Virus record (IMG/VR): IMGVR_UViG_3300042558_005069 | Location: 32,001 to 96,000 of that record | Strand: one strand, 5' to 3' | DNA from: a virus | Length of the DNA: 64,000 nt | Shown: one piece after another, positions 19,446 to 29,319 of the stretch | Numbering within the stretch: position 1 is the first letter of the stretch | Layout: every line of letters begins with the position of its first letter | Made by a program: the position numbers and the translations under genes | Notes under the pieces: model-generated | Seen by the model: the letters and a program-made list of their open reading frames with translations, nothing else | Database searches by the model: none | Told to the model about the DNA's origin: nothing

Positions 19446-19474
19446 TTCCCCTCCTATGGATTTAATTTTGCATA

Positions 19475-19897
19475 CTACCTTGGCGTTACGATTCTTGTCA
19501 CATCTGCAGCAGATAAATATATAACACAATTTCTAACAACCAAAGATCCAGCAACATCTTCAACCGAAAGACCGATTGCGTCAATTGGGACATTGAACCT
19601 AGCGGCCAATGTGGCACGAATTTTTTCCACTCTTAGTTCTTCATCAACAAGACTTGGTCCATCATCGTACGAGGAGAGAGGAGTTGGTTGAGGAGAAAAA
19701 AGACCCCTTAATTCTTCTTCTCGCCCATCTGTGCGCAAACACAAGACACAAGTTATCTCCTCTGTCCTGGCTGCTCTTTTTCTACTTTCTGTATGTCCAC
19801 AGTCAAGCGTGTGTAGATACTGAAATTTACCCCAGGCACCAACGCGATCGACGCTGACAACACGGCGACGTGGGGCGCGCCTGTGTTCAGTTGTCAT
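19475..19897 (-). CDS. hypothetical protein with a Cys/His zinc-ribbon-like motif
   Basis: LDCGH...CVLC. Confidence 0.65.
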   Translation of the reverse strand: MTTEHRRAPRRRVVSVDRVGAWGKFQYLHTLDCGHTESRKRAARTEEITCVLCLRTDGREEELRGLFSPQPTPLSSYDDGPSLVDEELRVEKIRATLAARFNVPIDAIGLSVEDVAGSLVVRNCVIYLSAADVTRIVTPR

Positions 19898-19906
19898 TTA
19901 AGGTCT

Positions 19907-20271
19907 TTATTTTTTTTTCGATTTAGTCAATCGAATTTTATTTAGGAATCTACGAATCCAGCTTTTTACGGCAACTACTTCAATATTCACTCCAGCTATT
20001 TCTTCAACATTCGACTCGACGCGGTTAATGACAGAATCAATAACTTCGACCATCTCTGTATGAAGTTTTTCGCTCTCTTTGTCAATTGCTAAAGCTGCCG
20101 AGGTGATTGTGTCATCGATAACTTCTTCGATGAACTTTGGGGCTTTGGGCTTGGCTGGTTTTTTGCTAGCTGTTGACTTGCTTGGCTGGCTCTTCTTTGT
20201 TTGTGCACTTGATTTTTTATGAGCACTTTTTTTAGAAGTTGTTTTTTTTGTTATTTTTTTATCTTCGGTCA
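19907..20271 (-). CDS. hypothetical protein with a Lys/Ser-rich N-terminus
   Basis: KKTTSKKSAHKKSS..KKPAKPKAPK; start at MTEDKK with TATTGT 6 nt upstream. Confidence 0.6.
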
Positions 20272-20358
20272 TGCCACAACAATAGCCGAAATTTTGCCTC
20301 CCGTGCAACACATAAACTATTTACGATTTTTTTTAAAATCCATGTTTAGTATTTAGTC

Positions 20359-20994
20359 ATGGAGGAGTATGTCAACGATTTTGCCAAAATGGCGCTGGCC
20401 CTTGCCTCGGCGCAGCTTGCCAAAGAAACGGCAATCAAGGAGCAAGGAATTGGGGAAGACCTTAAAGCGCATTTTATGGGATGGAATGAAGAAGACTTAA
20501 CGATCGTCGCCCAGATGAAAGAAGATGTTTCCAGGTACTCCCAGGCAGACAGATTTGAAAGATGTGCAATACTCTGTAAAATCCTTAGAAAACATTGGTG
20601 GGTGTCTTCCCTGACGATGGTGAGTGAAGGCTATTGCTCCCTGGACTACCCAACGACGGAAAATTACGATTTAGCAGTTGCCTATGCCGACACGTCACTT
20701 CCTGTTTTTGAGTGCATTACTGTAATTCACGTCACCCTTGACGAGTCTGGAATAATTTCCCCTGTATCTATGGTGGCCGCCCCTTACGTGACGAAGATTG
20801 GGAGGGTTGTGGAGTGGCAGGACGTTCTAGTGTATCCGGAAATAACTGCCAAAAACCTTAGACAATACAAGTACCCATTAATGCTCACAAATTCTATGAT
20901 GGAGCGATTGTCGGAAGATTCAAACGAAGAAACAATAATGCAAGCAAGAGCAGAAGTCGAACAATGCGGTTTCTTATTGCAAGAATTATATTAA
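20359..20994 (+). CDS. hypothetical protein
   Basis: 211 aa ORF; TAGTAT 6 nt before the ATG. Confidence 0.7.
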   Translation: MEEYVNDFAKMALALASAQLAKETAIKEQGIGEDLKAHFMGWNEEDLTIVAQMKEDVSRYSQADRFERCAILCKILRKHWWVSSLTMVSEGYCSLDYPTTENYDLAVAYADTSLPVFECITVIHVTLDESGIISPVSMVAAPYVTKIGRVVEWQDVLVYPEITAKNLRQYKYPLMLTNSMMERLSEDSNEETIMQARAEVEQCGFLLQELY

Positions 20995-21007
20995 GTACAA
21001 TAATTAA

Positions 21008-21334
21008 ATGAACGCGTTTTATGAAAGCCCTAGCTTCGGAGGAAGCGAAGATTACGAAATTCTTGACGGGGTTAAAGTATCGCGAGCCGATAGAGCCCCT
21101 TGCCCGGTCTGTGGTCACTCCACCGGCGATTGCGCACCGCCTGACGAAGTAGGCCCAGGCATCATTTTTGGGTACAACACAAATTCCACATTGGACGATA
21201 CTCAAACGTTCGTTGTCCCTGAAGACATCTATGATCAAAGAGAAATTGCGCCAGGCGTAACTATGCGGCTACTTCTTTACAAGCAAGGAAAAGTAATTCC
21301 GCTTATCAAGGCCAAGGAGTTGGGGCTTATTTAA
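21008..21334 (+). CDS. hypothetical protein with a CPVCGH..C motif
   Basis: TACAAT 6 nt before the ATG. Confidence 0.7.
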   Translation: MNAFYESPSFGGSEDYEILDGVKVSRADRAPCPVCGHSTGDCAPPDEVGPGIIFGYNTNSTLDDTQTFVVPEDIYDQREIAPGVTMRLLLYKQGKVIPLIKAKELGLI

Positions 21335-21423
21335 AAATTTTTATTTCGCTGGACTTTTTCACTATTCAATATTGGGCTACACTGAACAGTTCCAAATCAA
21401 AACAATATTAGCTAGGAAAAAAA

Positions 21424-23349
21424 ATGGCATTTATCGAAGATAGCTTTGTAAAAGATTACTTGACACAGAAATCTCCGTGGGGATTTAACGGAATGGGCGA
21501 AATAGTTTTTTTGCGAACATACAGCCGCAAGAAAAATGATGGAACAACAGAAGTCTGGCCAGAGACGATCCAGCGCGTTGTAAACGGAGCAATTGCTATC
21601 GGAGTTCCCTACACGCAGGATGAGGCTGAAAGGTTGTTTGATCACATGTTCAACCTTCGCTGCTCAATGAGTGGAAGAGCGCTATGGCAGCTAGGAACGC
21701 CAATGGTTGAAAAGTTTGGCGGAGCTTCTTTAAATAACTGTTATTTTACTAATATCGAAAAAGTGGAAGATTTTGAATTTTTGTTTGAGTATTTAATGCT
21801 GGGTGGCGGTGTCGGTTTTTCTGTAGAGCGCTCAAAAATACACGACTTGCCTAAAGTGAAAAATGCAGTAGTAATCACTCACGAGCGATCAAACGACGCT
21901 GACATAATTGTTCCCGATAGTCGAGGTGGATGGAAGAGACTCCTCCACAGCGTTTTAAAATCTTATTTTGAAACAGGAAAATCTTTTACATATTCGACAA
22001 TTCTGGTGCGCGAATACGGCGCTCCGCTTAAGGGATTTGGCGGCACAGCGTCTGGTCCGGGTGCTTTGATTGACGGAATTGCGGATATATGTAAAGTCCT
22101 AGATAATAGAGCTGGAAAAAAATTACGCTCTATTGATGTCCTCGACATCTGTAACATCATTGGGCGCATCGTTGTCTCGGGCTCATCAAGAAGATCAGCA
22201 CAAATCTCAATGGGTGATCCGGATGATGCTTTGTTCATTAGGGCAAAGAACTGGGCGTCGGGCTCGATCCCTGCATGGAGAGCAAATAGCAATAACTCGC
22301 TCTATGCTGATGGGTGGGACGAGATCCCCTCGGAGCTCTGGAAGGGCTATGACGGTACGGGGGAGCCATATGGCCTTGTGAACCGAAAGCTCGCACGTCG
22401 CTATGGGCGGTTAGGTGAAGTCAGGGTAGATAATAGTATTGAGGGCTTCAACCCATGCGCCGAGATAGGTCTAGCTGATGGAGAATCATGTAATTTGGCG
22501 ACTGTTTTCCTGCCGAATATCGAATCCATAGAGCAATTCAAGGAGATATCCCGTCTTCTTTATCTAACGCAGAAGCAGATTACTCGTTTGCCGTATCCGT
22601 ATGAAAAAACAACACAAATTGTCCGTCAGAATGCAAGACTTGGACAAAGCGTGACAGGGATTCTTCAATCAACAGCAGAACAGTTGTCTTGGCTGTCCGC
22701 TGGATACGTAGCCCTAAGAGAGCTAGACAAGAAGTATTCCGCCGAAAACGGGTTCCCGGAGTCTGTTCGTATGACGACCGTACAGCCCTCTGGGACGCTC
22801 TCTCTGCTTCCAGGGGTAACCCCCGGCATACATCCGGCCTATGCTCCGTATTATATCCGTCGCGTTCGTTTTGGCTCCAGTGACCCTCTAGTCGATGCCT
22901 GCCGCAAGCGTGGATACAAGGTGATTTGGGATATCGGAATCGATGGACGGGAAGACCATACTCGCTATGTGGTCGAGTTCCCTTGCCGGTCTCCAGAGGG
23001 TTCTGTTCTCGCAGTTGACATGACAGCGGTTGAGCAGCTCGAATGGGTGAGGAAGATGCAAACAGAGTGGGCCGATAATGCAGTTTCCGTGACTGTTTAC
23101 TACCGCAAGGAAGAGCTCCCGTTAATTAAAGAATGGCTTGAAAAGAACTACGACAAGAGCGTTAAATCCGTTTCTTTCCTGCTGCATAGCGATCATAATT
23201 TTTCCCTTCCTCCCTACGAGGAAATTACAAAAGAATCCTATGAAAAACTTTCAGCGCGGGTTGACATGTCCATTCCCCTTGTCCAGTCAGCATTTGACGG
23301 AGAAATAATGGTGGATGATTGCGCTACTGGAGCTTGCCCTGTAAAGTAA
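21424..23349 (+). CDS. nrdJ: class II (adenosylcobalamin-dependent) ribonucleotide reductase, RTPR type
   Basis: RTYSR, SGRALW, LNNC, GGGVG, RRSA, NPCAEI, CNL, TVQPSGT, C-terminal CATGACP. Confidence 0.95.
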   Translation: MAFIEDSFVKDYLTQKSPWGFNGMGEIVFLRTYSRKKNDGTTEVWPETIQRVVNGAIAIGVPYTQDEAERLFDHMFNLRCSMSGRALWQLGTPMVEKFGGASLNNCYFTNIEKVEDFEFLFEYLMLGGGVGFSVERSKIHDLPKVKNAVVITHERSNDADIIVPDSRGGWKRLLHSVLKSYFETGKSFTYSTILVREYGAPLKGFGGTASGPGALIDGIADICKVLDNRAGKKLRSIDVLDICNIIGRIVVSGSSRRSAQISMGDPDDALFIRAKNWASGSIPAWRANSNNSLYADGWDEIPSELWKGYDGTGEPYGLVNRKLARRYGRLGEVRVDNSIEGFNPCAEIGLADGESCNLATVFLPNIESIEQFKEISRLLYLTQKQITRLPYPYEKTTQIVRQNARLGQSVTGILQSTAEQLSWLSAGYVALRELDKKYSAENGFPESVRMTTVQPSGTLSLLPGVTPGIHPAYAPYYIRRVRFGSSDPLVDACRKRGYKVIWDIGIDGREDHTRYVVEFPCRSPEGSVLAVDMTAVEQLEWVRKMQTEWADNAVSVTVYYRKEELPLIKEWLEKNYDKSVKSVSFLLHSDHNFSLPPYEEITKESYEKLSARVDMSIPLVQSAFDGEIMVDDCATGACPVK

Positions 23350-23417
23350 AGGCACGCTAGAAGTCATATCTCAATACGTGATCTTCTTGGCAATTAATGG
23401 TCAGATAAAAATCATTA

Positions 23418-23490
<73 letters not shown>

Positions 23491-23492
23491 CT

Positions 23493-24647
23493 ATGGAAAA
23501 TGACATTTTTAACAAAGAACTGTATCGTGACCCTTTTGCCATGTTCGCACAGTGGCGCGCAAGTCCTACTTTGCCGTACGACAAAAAAACAAATACCTAT
23601 GCATTGTCTCGGCACGCTGACGTAAATTTCGCATTGCGAAGTCCTGAAATATTTACCAGTTCGTTTGGGGGCAGGGCAAACTCAATAGCACAGCCTTTTA
23701 TGGTTGACGTAGACGACCCAGGGCACAGAGTGCAACGTTCAGTTATTGAAAAAATGCTCACTCCAAGTGCGGTTAGCAAGCATTCTGAATATGTTACCGC
23801 AGTGATCGACATAGCAGTAAAAGGGATAATCGGAGCTGGCAGCGTCGAGGTCGTAAATGCCATTGCTCAGACACTTCCCGTAACTTTTATCGGTTCCTTG
23901 CTGGGCGTAAGGGATTCTGACTTTCCTCTACTCAGGAAGTGGGGTGAAGCCATGGTGGAGGGAGCCGATGGATGGGAAAACGTCACAGAAGAAGTGGTTG
24001 AGGCTGTAATAAACTGGTTTGACTATTTTGACGATCTGTCGAAAACGGGATATTGGGACGACAAAGAAGGAATAATATCTCTGCTCTTGAATGCTTCAAA
24101 AGAAAATGGGAGCATAACCTACGAAGAGGCTAGAGGTAATTCGTTGGCGATTCTCATCGGTGGAAACGAAACAGCAAAATATCTACTTTCTGGGGCTATC
24201 GATCTTTATGTAGAAAATCCAGACATAGCCACAATCTACAAAGATGTAGGACCGGAAAAATTCATCAATGAGGTATTGCGATACCTGAGTCCTGTAGTTA
24301 GTTCAGCTAGAAGAACGACAACGGATGTTGCGGTTGGTGAGAATATCATCCCTGCTGGAGCTCAGGTGATGCTGTTCTTGACATCTGCAAACATGGACGA
24401 ATCTGTATTTGAGAATCCAGAACTATTTAACCCAGCGCGTAATAGTTCAGCGCATTTGTCTCTTGGCTTCGGGCCCCACTTCTGCATTGGAGCATCCTTG
24501 GCGAAGATACAGCTTCAAGCGTTGTTTGAATATTTTATAAATAACAAAATAAAAATAACAAAAGACGAAAGCGCTCCGATGAAGTTTAAGTACTCAACAT
24601 TCTTGCGTGGTATAAAAGAAATGCGTGCATTCGTTGAGAAAAATTAG
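23493..24647 (+). CDS. cytochrome P450
   Basis: DDPGH, I-helix GGNETA, ExxR (EVLR), FNPAR, heme ligand GFGPHFCIG. Confidence 0.95.
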   Translation: MENDIFNKELYRDPFAMFAQWRASPTLPYDKKTNTYALSRHADVNFALRSPEIFTSSFGGRANSIAQPFMVDVDDPGHRVQRSVIEKMLTPSAVSKHSEYVTAVIDIAVKGIIGAGSVEVVNAIAQTLPVTFIGSLLGVRDSDFPLLRKWGEAMVEGADGWENVTEEVVEAVINWFDYFDDLSKTGYWDDKEGIISLLLNASKENGSITYEEARGNSLAILIGGNETAKYLLSGAIDLYVENPDIATIYKDVGPEKFINEVLRYLSPVVSSARRTTTDVAVGENIIPAGAQVMLFLTSANMDESVFENPELFNPARNSSAHLSLGFGPHFCIGASLAKIQLQALFEYFINNKIKITKDESAPMKFKYSTFLRGIKEMRAFVEKN

Positions 24648-24649
24648 AA

Positions 24650-25048
24650 TTATTTAAACTCGGACCAAGTTTTGTTTCCAACCCCAAAGTACTCTCGAGC
24701 GTAACCTGACTCTATGATATCCAAATTCAAGCAAGCAGTTTTTACATCATCAATGTCTTCTGAGGAAAATATCCTTGCGAGAACCCGTCCGTATTTGTCA
24801 TTTTTGTCTGGGATTGTATTCACGTAAACCCATTTATGCTTGGAAATCCAGTCTTCTGTGAATTTCTTTGCGCTCAGACCCATCTGCTTTTCGGCTAGGT
24901 CTTTTGTTCTTGTCTCGGGCGTGTTGACGCCATATAGGCGAACTCTAATTTTGTGGTGAATATTGAAACCAAGATCAATCATTAGATCGACAGTGTCTCC
25001 GTCTACAACCCTCAGTACGGTAGCTCCGTACCAAAAGCGAGCACTCAT
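24650..25048 (-). CDS. thermonuclease (SNase-like)
   Basis: RVVDGDTVD, RVRLYGVNTPE, DKYGRVLA. Confidence 0.92.
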   Translation of the reverse strand: MSARFWYGATVLRVVDGDTVDLMIDLGFNIHHKIRVRLYGVNTPETRTKDLAEKQMGLSAKKFTEDWISKHKWVYVNTIPDKNDKYGRVLARIFSSEDIDDVKTACLNLDIIESGYAREYFGVGNKTWSEFK

Positions 25049-26043
25049 TACGAGGCCTGTGCCGGAATTAGTTTTTCTCCAGTTAGTGTAACTCTGTTAA
25101 CCAAACGTGGGGAATGTCCAATATCTCCGACTACAGCGTGCTGTGTCGATATATTGTCAGAGAATATAACGTCTCCCTGAGTCCAGTGATGGCGGACAGT
25201 AAATTCGTAGCGAGTTGTATGTTTGAAAAGGAATTGAAGGATTGCGTCGCTTTCAGGTTTTGAAAAGTCCACAATTCTTCTTGTGAACCCCGGATTTATG
25301 AATAATGATTCTTCTCCAGTTTCCGGATGGACTATAACAACTGGATGACGAGCGGTAACTTGCGCAGCACGCTTCAGGTAATCCCAGTGGTCGACTAGTC
25401 CGTTTTCTTCTTTGCCGTTAATTCCTTCTATCTTTGCTCCAGTATTGGACATTCCACCTTTACCCATGCCCATGTCAGAAACTTCAGACGCATCGTGAAT
25501 AGCCATTGTGCCTCGTAGTGCATCTTTCATTCTCTTGCTTAGAGATCTGAATGCCGCTTCTTGGTCGCACCACATGGTGTCTCCGCCAGCGTAGGGGATG
25601 ATGACGCCATTCAGTATTGAACATTTTGGCGGATTTTCAATAAACGTTATGTCAGTATGCCAGGCAACGCCACGTTCCTGAAACTTTGTTTTATCACTGT
25701 TCTCATATTCTGGATACTGCACACCCGGAATGGTGTAATCAACTTCGAATATGTTTGGAAAATCTTTTTTACCAGGAAGAAGTGGATGAGCGCTTCTTGG
25801 TGTTCCAAAGAGCGCTGCAAAAGCTTCATGCTGTACAGGATTAAGATTTTGTTTTCTAAAAAAAACAACCTTATGACGCAACATCAGGTTATAAATTGTC
25901 TCAATAATTCCTGCATCTTTATGGTCAATCAAGTCAATTAAATTAACTCCCTCGATTTCTGCTCCAAGCTTTCCGGCTACTGGCTTTACCAACAAGCCAG
26001 CTTCGGTATATTCTACGTGATGCTCTTTAACCATTATTGACAT
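25048..26043 (-). CDS. tauD: TauD/TfdA-family Fe(II)/2-oxoglutarate dioxygenase
   Basis: LGAEIEGVNL, HKVVFFRKQ, WHTDITF (HxD), GGDT, HPVVIVHPETG, DNISTQH, RLVNRVT. Confidence 0.92.
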   Translation of the reverse strand: MSIMVKEHHVEYTEAGLLVKPVAGKLGAEIEGVNLIDLIDHKDAGIIETIYNLMLRHKVVFFRKQNLNPVQHEAFAALFGTPRSAHPLLPGKKDFPNIFEVDYTIPGVQYPEYENSDKTKFQERGVAWHTDITFIENPPKCSILNGVIIPYAGGDTMWCDQEAAFRSLSKRMKDALRGTMAIHDASEVSDMGMGKGGMSNTGAKIEGINGKEENGLVDHWDYLKRAAQVTARHPVVIVHPETGEESLFINPGFTRRIVDFSKPESDAILQFLFKHTTRYEFTVRHHWTQGDVIFSDNISTQHAVVGDIGHSPRLVNRVTLTGEKLIPAQAS

Positions 26044-26920
26044 TTTTTTTGGCCTTTGCTATCTTTGATTTTTTATTTTTTTTCTTTTTTCTTATTCGCA
26101 TCATATCAGTATGTGCTTGCCCCATGCGCTTAACGTCCCGAATGGATCCACCAACATATGATCCATACCCAGTCTTCGCTGCTATGACACTATTGGAAAG
26201 TTCTTCCAATACAAGCCTTCTTCTCCTGCTGTCGGTTATCTGATTCAAGTCCGAATCGTATACCGAATCGATCCCCTTCCCCGTCATGCCTTTCATATAT
26301 GAAGGAACCTCAACATTTATTAATGCTTTTGTTGATAAATGAGAAGTTACAACAACGTCTTCTGATAACGACTTCTTTTTTTTCTTAGCGTTTGCGTATC
26401 GCTCAAGGAGGCGTCGTCCCTTGGCAGCAAGAGCTGCCGCGTCGGAAGAGTTCTGGGGAACAGGCTCCCCCCACGCTGCAGCAGAAAGAGCCAATCTAGT
26501 AGAGCGCCCTTTGTCATCTTTCATCGGCCCAGATGGATTTGTAAAAAATCTTGTTAAGAAAGAACCTTTGCGACGCATCTTTTCAGGAGTGTTCGCTGGC
26601 CCCATTACACCAGGTTTCAGATTTGATCCTTCTTTTCTTTTGAAGTAAGCCCTGCCCGCTGCGGTAAGCCCCCCCTTCGGATCGCGAAGCACTGGACGTC
26701 TTTTTGCCGCTTTGGAGTTCAGTTCATCAGCAGATATTTTTATTTCTCCGACAACAGTAGATCCCCAATATTCATCATAAATAGGCATCATTGAAGAGGA
26801 CTTGAACTCCACAAAAGATTGCTCAATCAATTGATTAAATTCTTCTTCCTGGTCAAGTTTTTCTGAAAACTGCAAAAGCGAATCAAATAGTTCTTCATCT
26901 TTTTCATTTGTCATTTCCAT
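26027..26920 (-). CDS. hypothetical head-region protein with a DUF6321-like basic domain
   Basis: LRDPKGGLTAAGRAYFKRKEGSNLKPGV..RRKGSFLTRF. Confidence 0.7.
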   Translation of the reverse strand: MEMTNEKDEELFDSLLQFSEKLDQEEEFNQLIEQSFVEFKSSSMMPIYDEYWGSTVVGEIKISADELNSKAAKRRPVLRDPKGGLTAAGRAYFKRKEGSNLKPGVMGPANTPEKMRRKGSFLTRFFTNPSGPMKDDKGRSTRLALSAAAWGEPVPQNSSDAAALAAKGRRLLERYANAKKKKKSLSEDVVVTSHLSTKALINVEVPSYMKGMTGKGIDSVYDSDLNQITDSRRRRLVLEELSNSVIAAKTGYGSYVGGSIRDVKRMGQAHTDMMRIRKKKKNKKSKIAKAKKNVNNG

Positions 26921-26954
26921 TATCCAATTCTGGCACAGGTCAAGCCGTATAAGC

Positions 26955-26998
26955 GAAACCCCCTGGTTTCACTGCCAAAGCAATTACTCCCAGGGGGT
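26955..26998 (-). terminator. putative terminator or stabilising hairpin downstream of the major capsid gene
   Basis: ACCCCCTGG...CCAGGGGGT 9-bp stem with a long loop and a short T-tract. Confidence 0.5.
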
Positions 26999-27021
26999 CC
27001 GTTAATTAAGGGTATTGTTAA

Positions 27022-28407
27022 TTACGCAGTAGGAGCGGCGTCGAATTCAACCTTGACGAATGCTTCTGGACGCTTTACCGCAAGGGCGAGGCGTTGTTCG
27101 GCGAGAATAACAATCGCGTTGCGGATGAAGAAATCGCTGTGCTGCTCACTGATGCGGATAGATGCCTGCTCGCGGTCATAAAGCTGAGCACCGGTGCCAA
27201 ACGCGCCGACCAAAGCCATACCTTCCTGCATTGCTGGAGTATCAACAAGTGGCATTCTCCATACTCTTGGCTCGCCACCCATCGCAACAGAAACTGCGAT
27301 GAGGTACTGGCCATTGACGTCTTTTGTCAATTCGATGTCTTCCCAATCATTTGGGTGAACAACGATACCGCTTGGCTCGTAGTAAGCCAAGAAGGAGAGT
27401 GTAGCCGCACGGCGAATTGCGTCAGCTTTGGTGTCACCAGCCGTAACGTTTGCAACTCCAGCAACACCGTCAGACCAAGCGTATTCCTGGACTCCTGGGG
27501 TGTTCATCACGCCGAGCAAGTTTTCGCCCAGTCCGTCACCGTTGAGGATTTGATTGTCCTCAAGGAGGCGCAAGCCGTACATAAGCTCGTTGTCGATGAT
27601 TGAGCGAAGCTGTGGTTCATCGGCAAGAACGTTGCGGTGTGCTGCTTCCCAGTGAGCGAGTGTTCTAATTGGGGCCTGTTCACCAACGAACTGGAATGAA
27701 GATTGTGGCTTCAACCCAAATACTCCGCCAACTCTTTCAGCGACAGTAGACGCTGCGTTGTTGGTTGAGTAGGTGCTTGCAGTTACGCCTGGAGCAGAAA
27801 TCGTCGTAAAACCGATTTGACGGAAGTACTCAATAACTGCTGCTGTTGTAGTCCGAACAGGGAACAAGTCACGAACGCGCTTTGTGCGTGTTGGTGGTGT
27901 TACCATCGGATCGCGCTGAACCGTACCGAAAGAGCCGAGACGGCTGTCAGCTACGGTTGTTGAAGGCAAGCCAGAGAAGACATCCTTCACATTGTAGCCA
28001 CTCAAAGAGATGTTTGCCATCCATGGAGCTGCCATGTTTGCGCCGTTACGGCCACCAGCAAGTGCCTTGAACTCTACTGAGTCAAGGAACATCTGACCGA
28101 TGCTCTTGATCTCGCTTGAGGTCAATTGGCTGATTTCTGATGCTGCAGCTGAATAGCTTGATGCGACCGACTCTGATGCTGGCTGCGAAGACCAGCTGTC
28201 AACGTCACCCATTGTCTGCAAGTCAGAAAGGAGTGATTTAATTTCCTTAATGTCACGCATGTTCTTGTCGAATGCTGTTTTTTGTTCTGAAGAAACAACA
28301 ACTGTTCCTTCTTCTACCTTGAATGAGTCAGCAATGGCCTTATTGTCAGCCATTTTAACTCTGAGAGCTGATTGCAGCTCATCAATTCTTCCATTGTCTT
28401 GCGACAT
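27022..28407 (-). CDS. major capsid protein, HK97 family, with an N-terminal delta domain
   Basis: VRDLFPV, IRTLAHW, QILNGDG..NLLGV, IVVHPNDW, FIRNAIVILAEQRLALAVKRPEAFV; AGGAG SD. Confidence 0.95.
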   Translation of the reverse strand: MSQDNGRIDELQSALRVKMADNKAIADSFKVEEGTVVVSSEQKTAFDKNMRDIKEIKSLLSDLQTMGDVDSWSSQPASESVASSYSAAASEISQLTSSEIKSIGQMFLDSVEFKALAGGRNGANMAAPWMANISLSGYNVKDVFSGLPSTTVADSRLGSFGTVQRDPMVTPPTRTKRVRDLFPVRTTTAAVIEYFRQIGFTTISAPGVTASTYSTNNAASTVAERVGGVFGLKPQSSFQFVGEQAPIRTLAHWEAAHRNVLADEPQLRSIIDNELMYGLRLLEDNQILNGDGLGENLLGVMNTPGVQEYAWSDGVAGVANVTAGDTKADAIRRAATLSFLAYYEPSGIVVHPNDWEDIELTKDVNGQYLIAVSVAMGGEPRVWRMPLVDTPAMQEGMALVGAFGTGAQLYDREQASIRISEQHSDFFIRNAIVILAEQRLALAVKRPEAFVKVEFDAAPTA

Positions 28408-28566
28408 ATTGACTCCTGTTTGTTGAAGGGTTGGTTTTATGATGCTTTTCTTTGCTCGGCTTAGGTAAGCACCCAGCCCTAGTAATAATCAAAAATAACA
28501 GATTATTCACTACCTCTATTGCAACTAATTATATTTTGCAATTAAAGTGTGTAAATAGTAAATGAA

Positions 28567-29310
28567 TTACTTATTTTTGAGTTGTTCTATTAGGGCAACT
28601 TTCCTCTTCGGACGTCTTGAATCAAGGTCTGCAACAACTGTTCTAGTTGCTCTTTCCATTTCTCTTTTTTTATTTTTTTCAATATTTCTGCGGCCTAACG
28701 ATGTTGTCCCGACCCTATTTGCATAGTCCGTCATGTTTGTGCATGGCATCCAGACCGCTCTGCCATTTTTGCTTACTCGCCTACTAATTCCAATACAGCC
28801 AATTTGCCTTGACCGCGCACGAGCTGATTCCGGATCGAGGAAAACATCAGAATCTGATTCCCTAACAAATTCAGGGCCTACTGCAGATTTAGTTTTTATT
28901 GGAACACAATTGGGGACAAGTTTTCCCTTTTTGCCTTTTTTCATACCCTGCATGACATACCCATCCCAGCAGGGGTTCACTTCTTTTGCCCCAAAAAGAT
29001 TACCGGACACTAGACCACTATCTATAGAGACAATCCCCATGATTGGTTTTTCGGTAAGGTTCTCCCAATCTTTAGGTCTTTTTTTTCGCTTTCCTTTGCT
29101 TCTGCTTTTGTCTTCACTTTTTTTATAGCCAGGGACAACCGACCTCCATTTACCGGTTTCGGCTGTCTCGGAAATTCTATTTAGCTCATCCATTGACGAG
29201 CATGGCATCCATTCCCCATCTGAAGACTTGTGCGCCCCAGAGCACCCAATTTGCGCAGCAACTTTTAGAGCTTCAGCTTTTTTGGTTAATTCTGATTTTT
29301 CTTTTGCCAT
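28567..29310 (-). CDS. hypothetical head-region protein with three small Cys-pair motifs
   Basis: IGCSGAH..WMPC, PCWDGY..VPNCVP, IGCIG..WMPC. Confidence 0.7.
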   Translation of the reverse strand: MAKEKSELTKKAEALKVAAQIGCSGAHKSSDGEWMPCSSMDELNRISETAETGKWRSVVPGYKKSEDKSRSKGKRKKRPKDWENLTEKPIMGIVSIDSGLVSGNLFGAKEVNPCWDGYVMQGMKKGKKGKLVPNCVPIKTKSAVGPEFVRESDSDVFLDPESARARSRQIGCIGISRRVSKNGRAVWMPCTNMTDYANRVGTTSLGRRNIEKNKKREMERATRTVVADLDSRRPKRKVALIEQLKNK

Positions 29311-29319
29311 TGCCTATCC

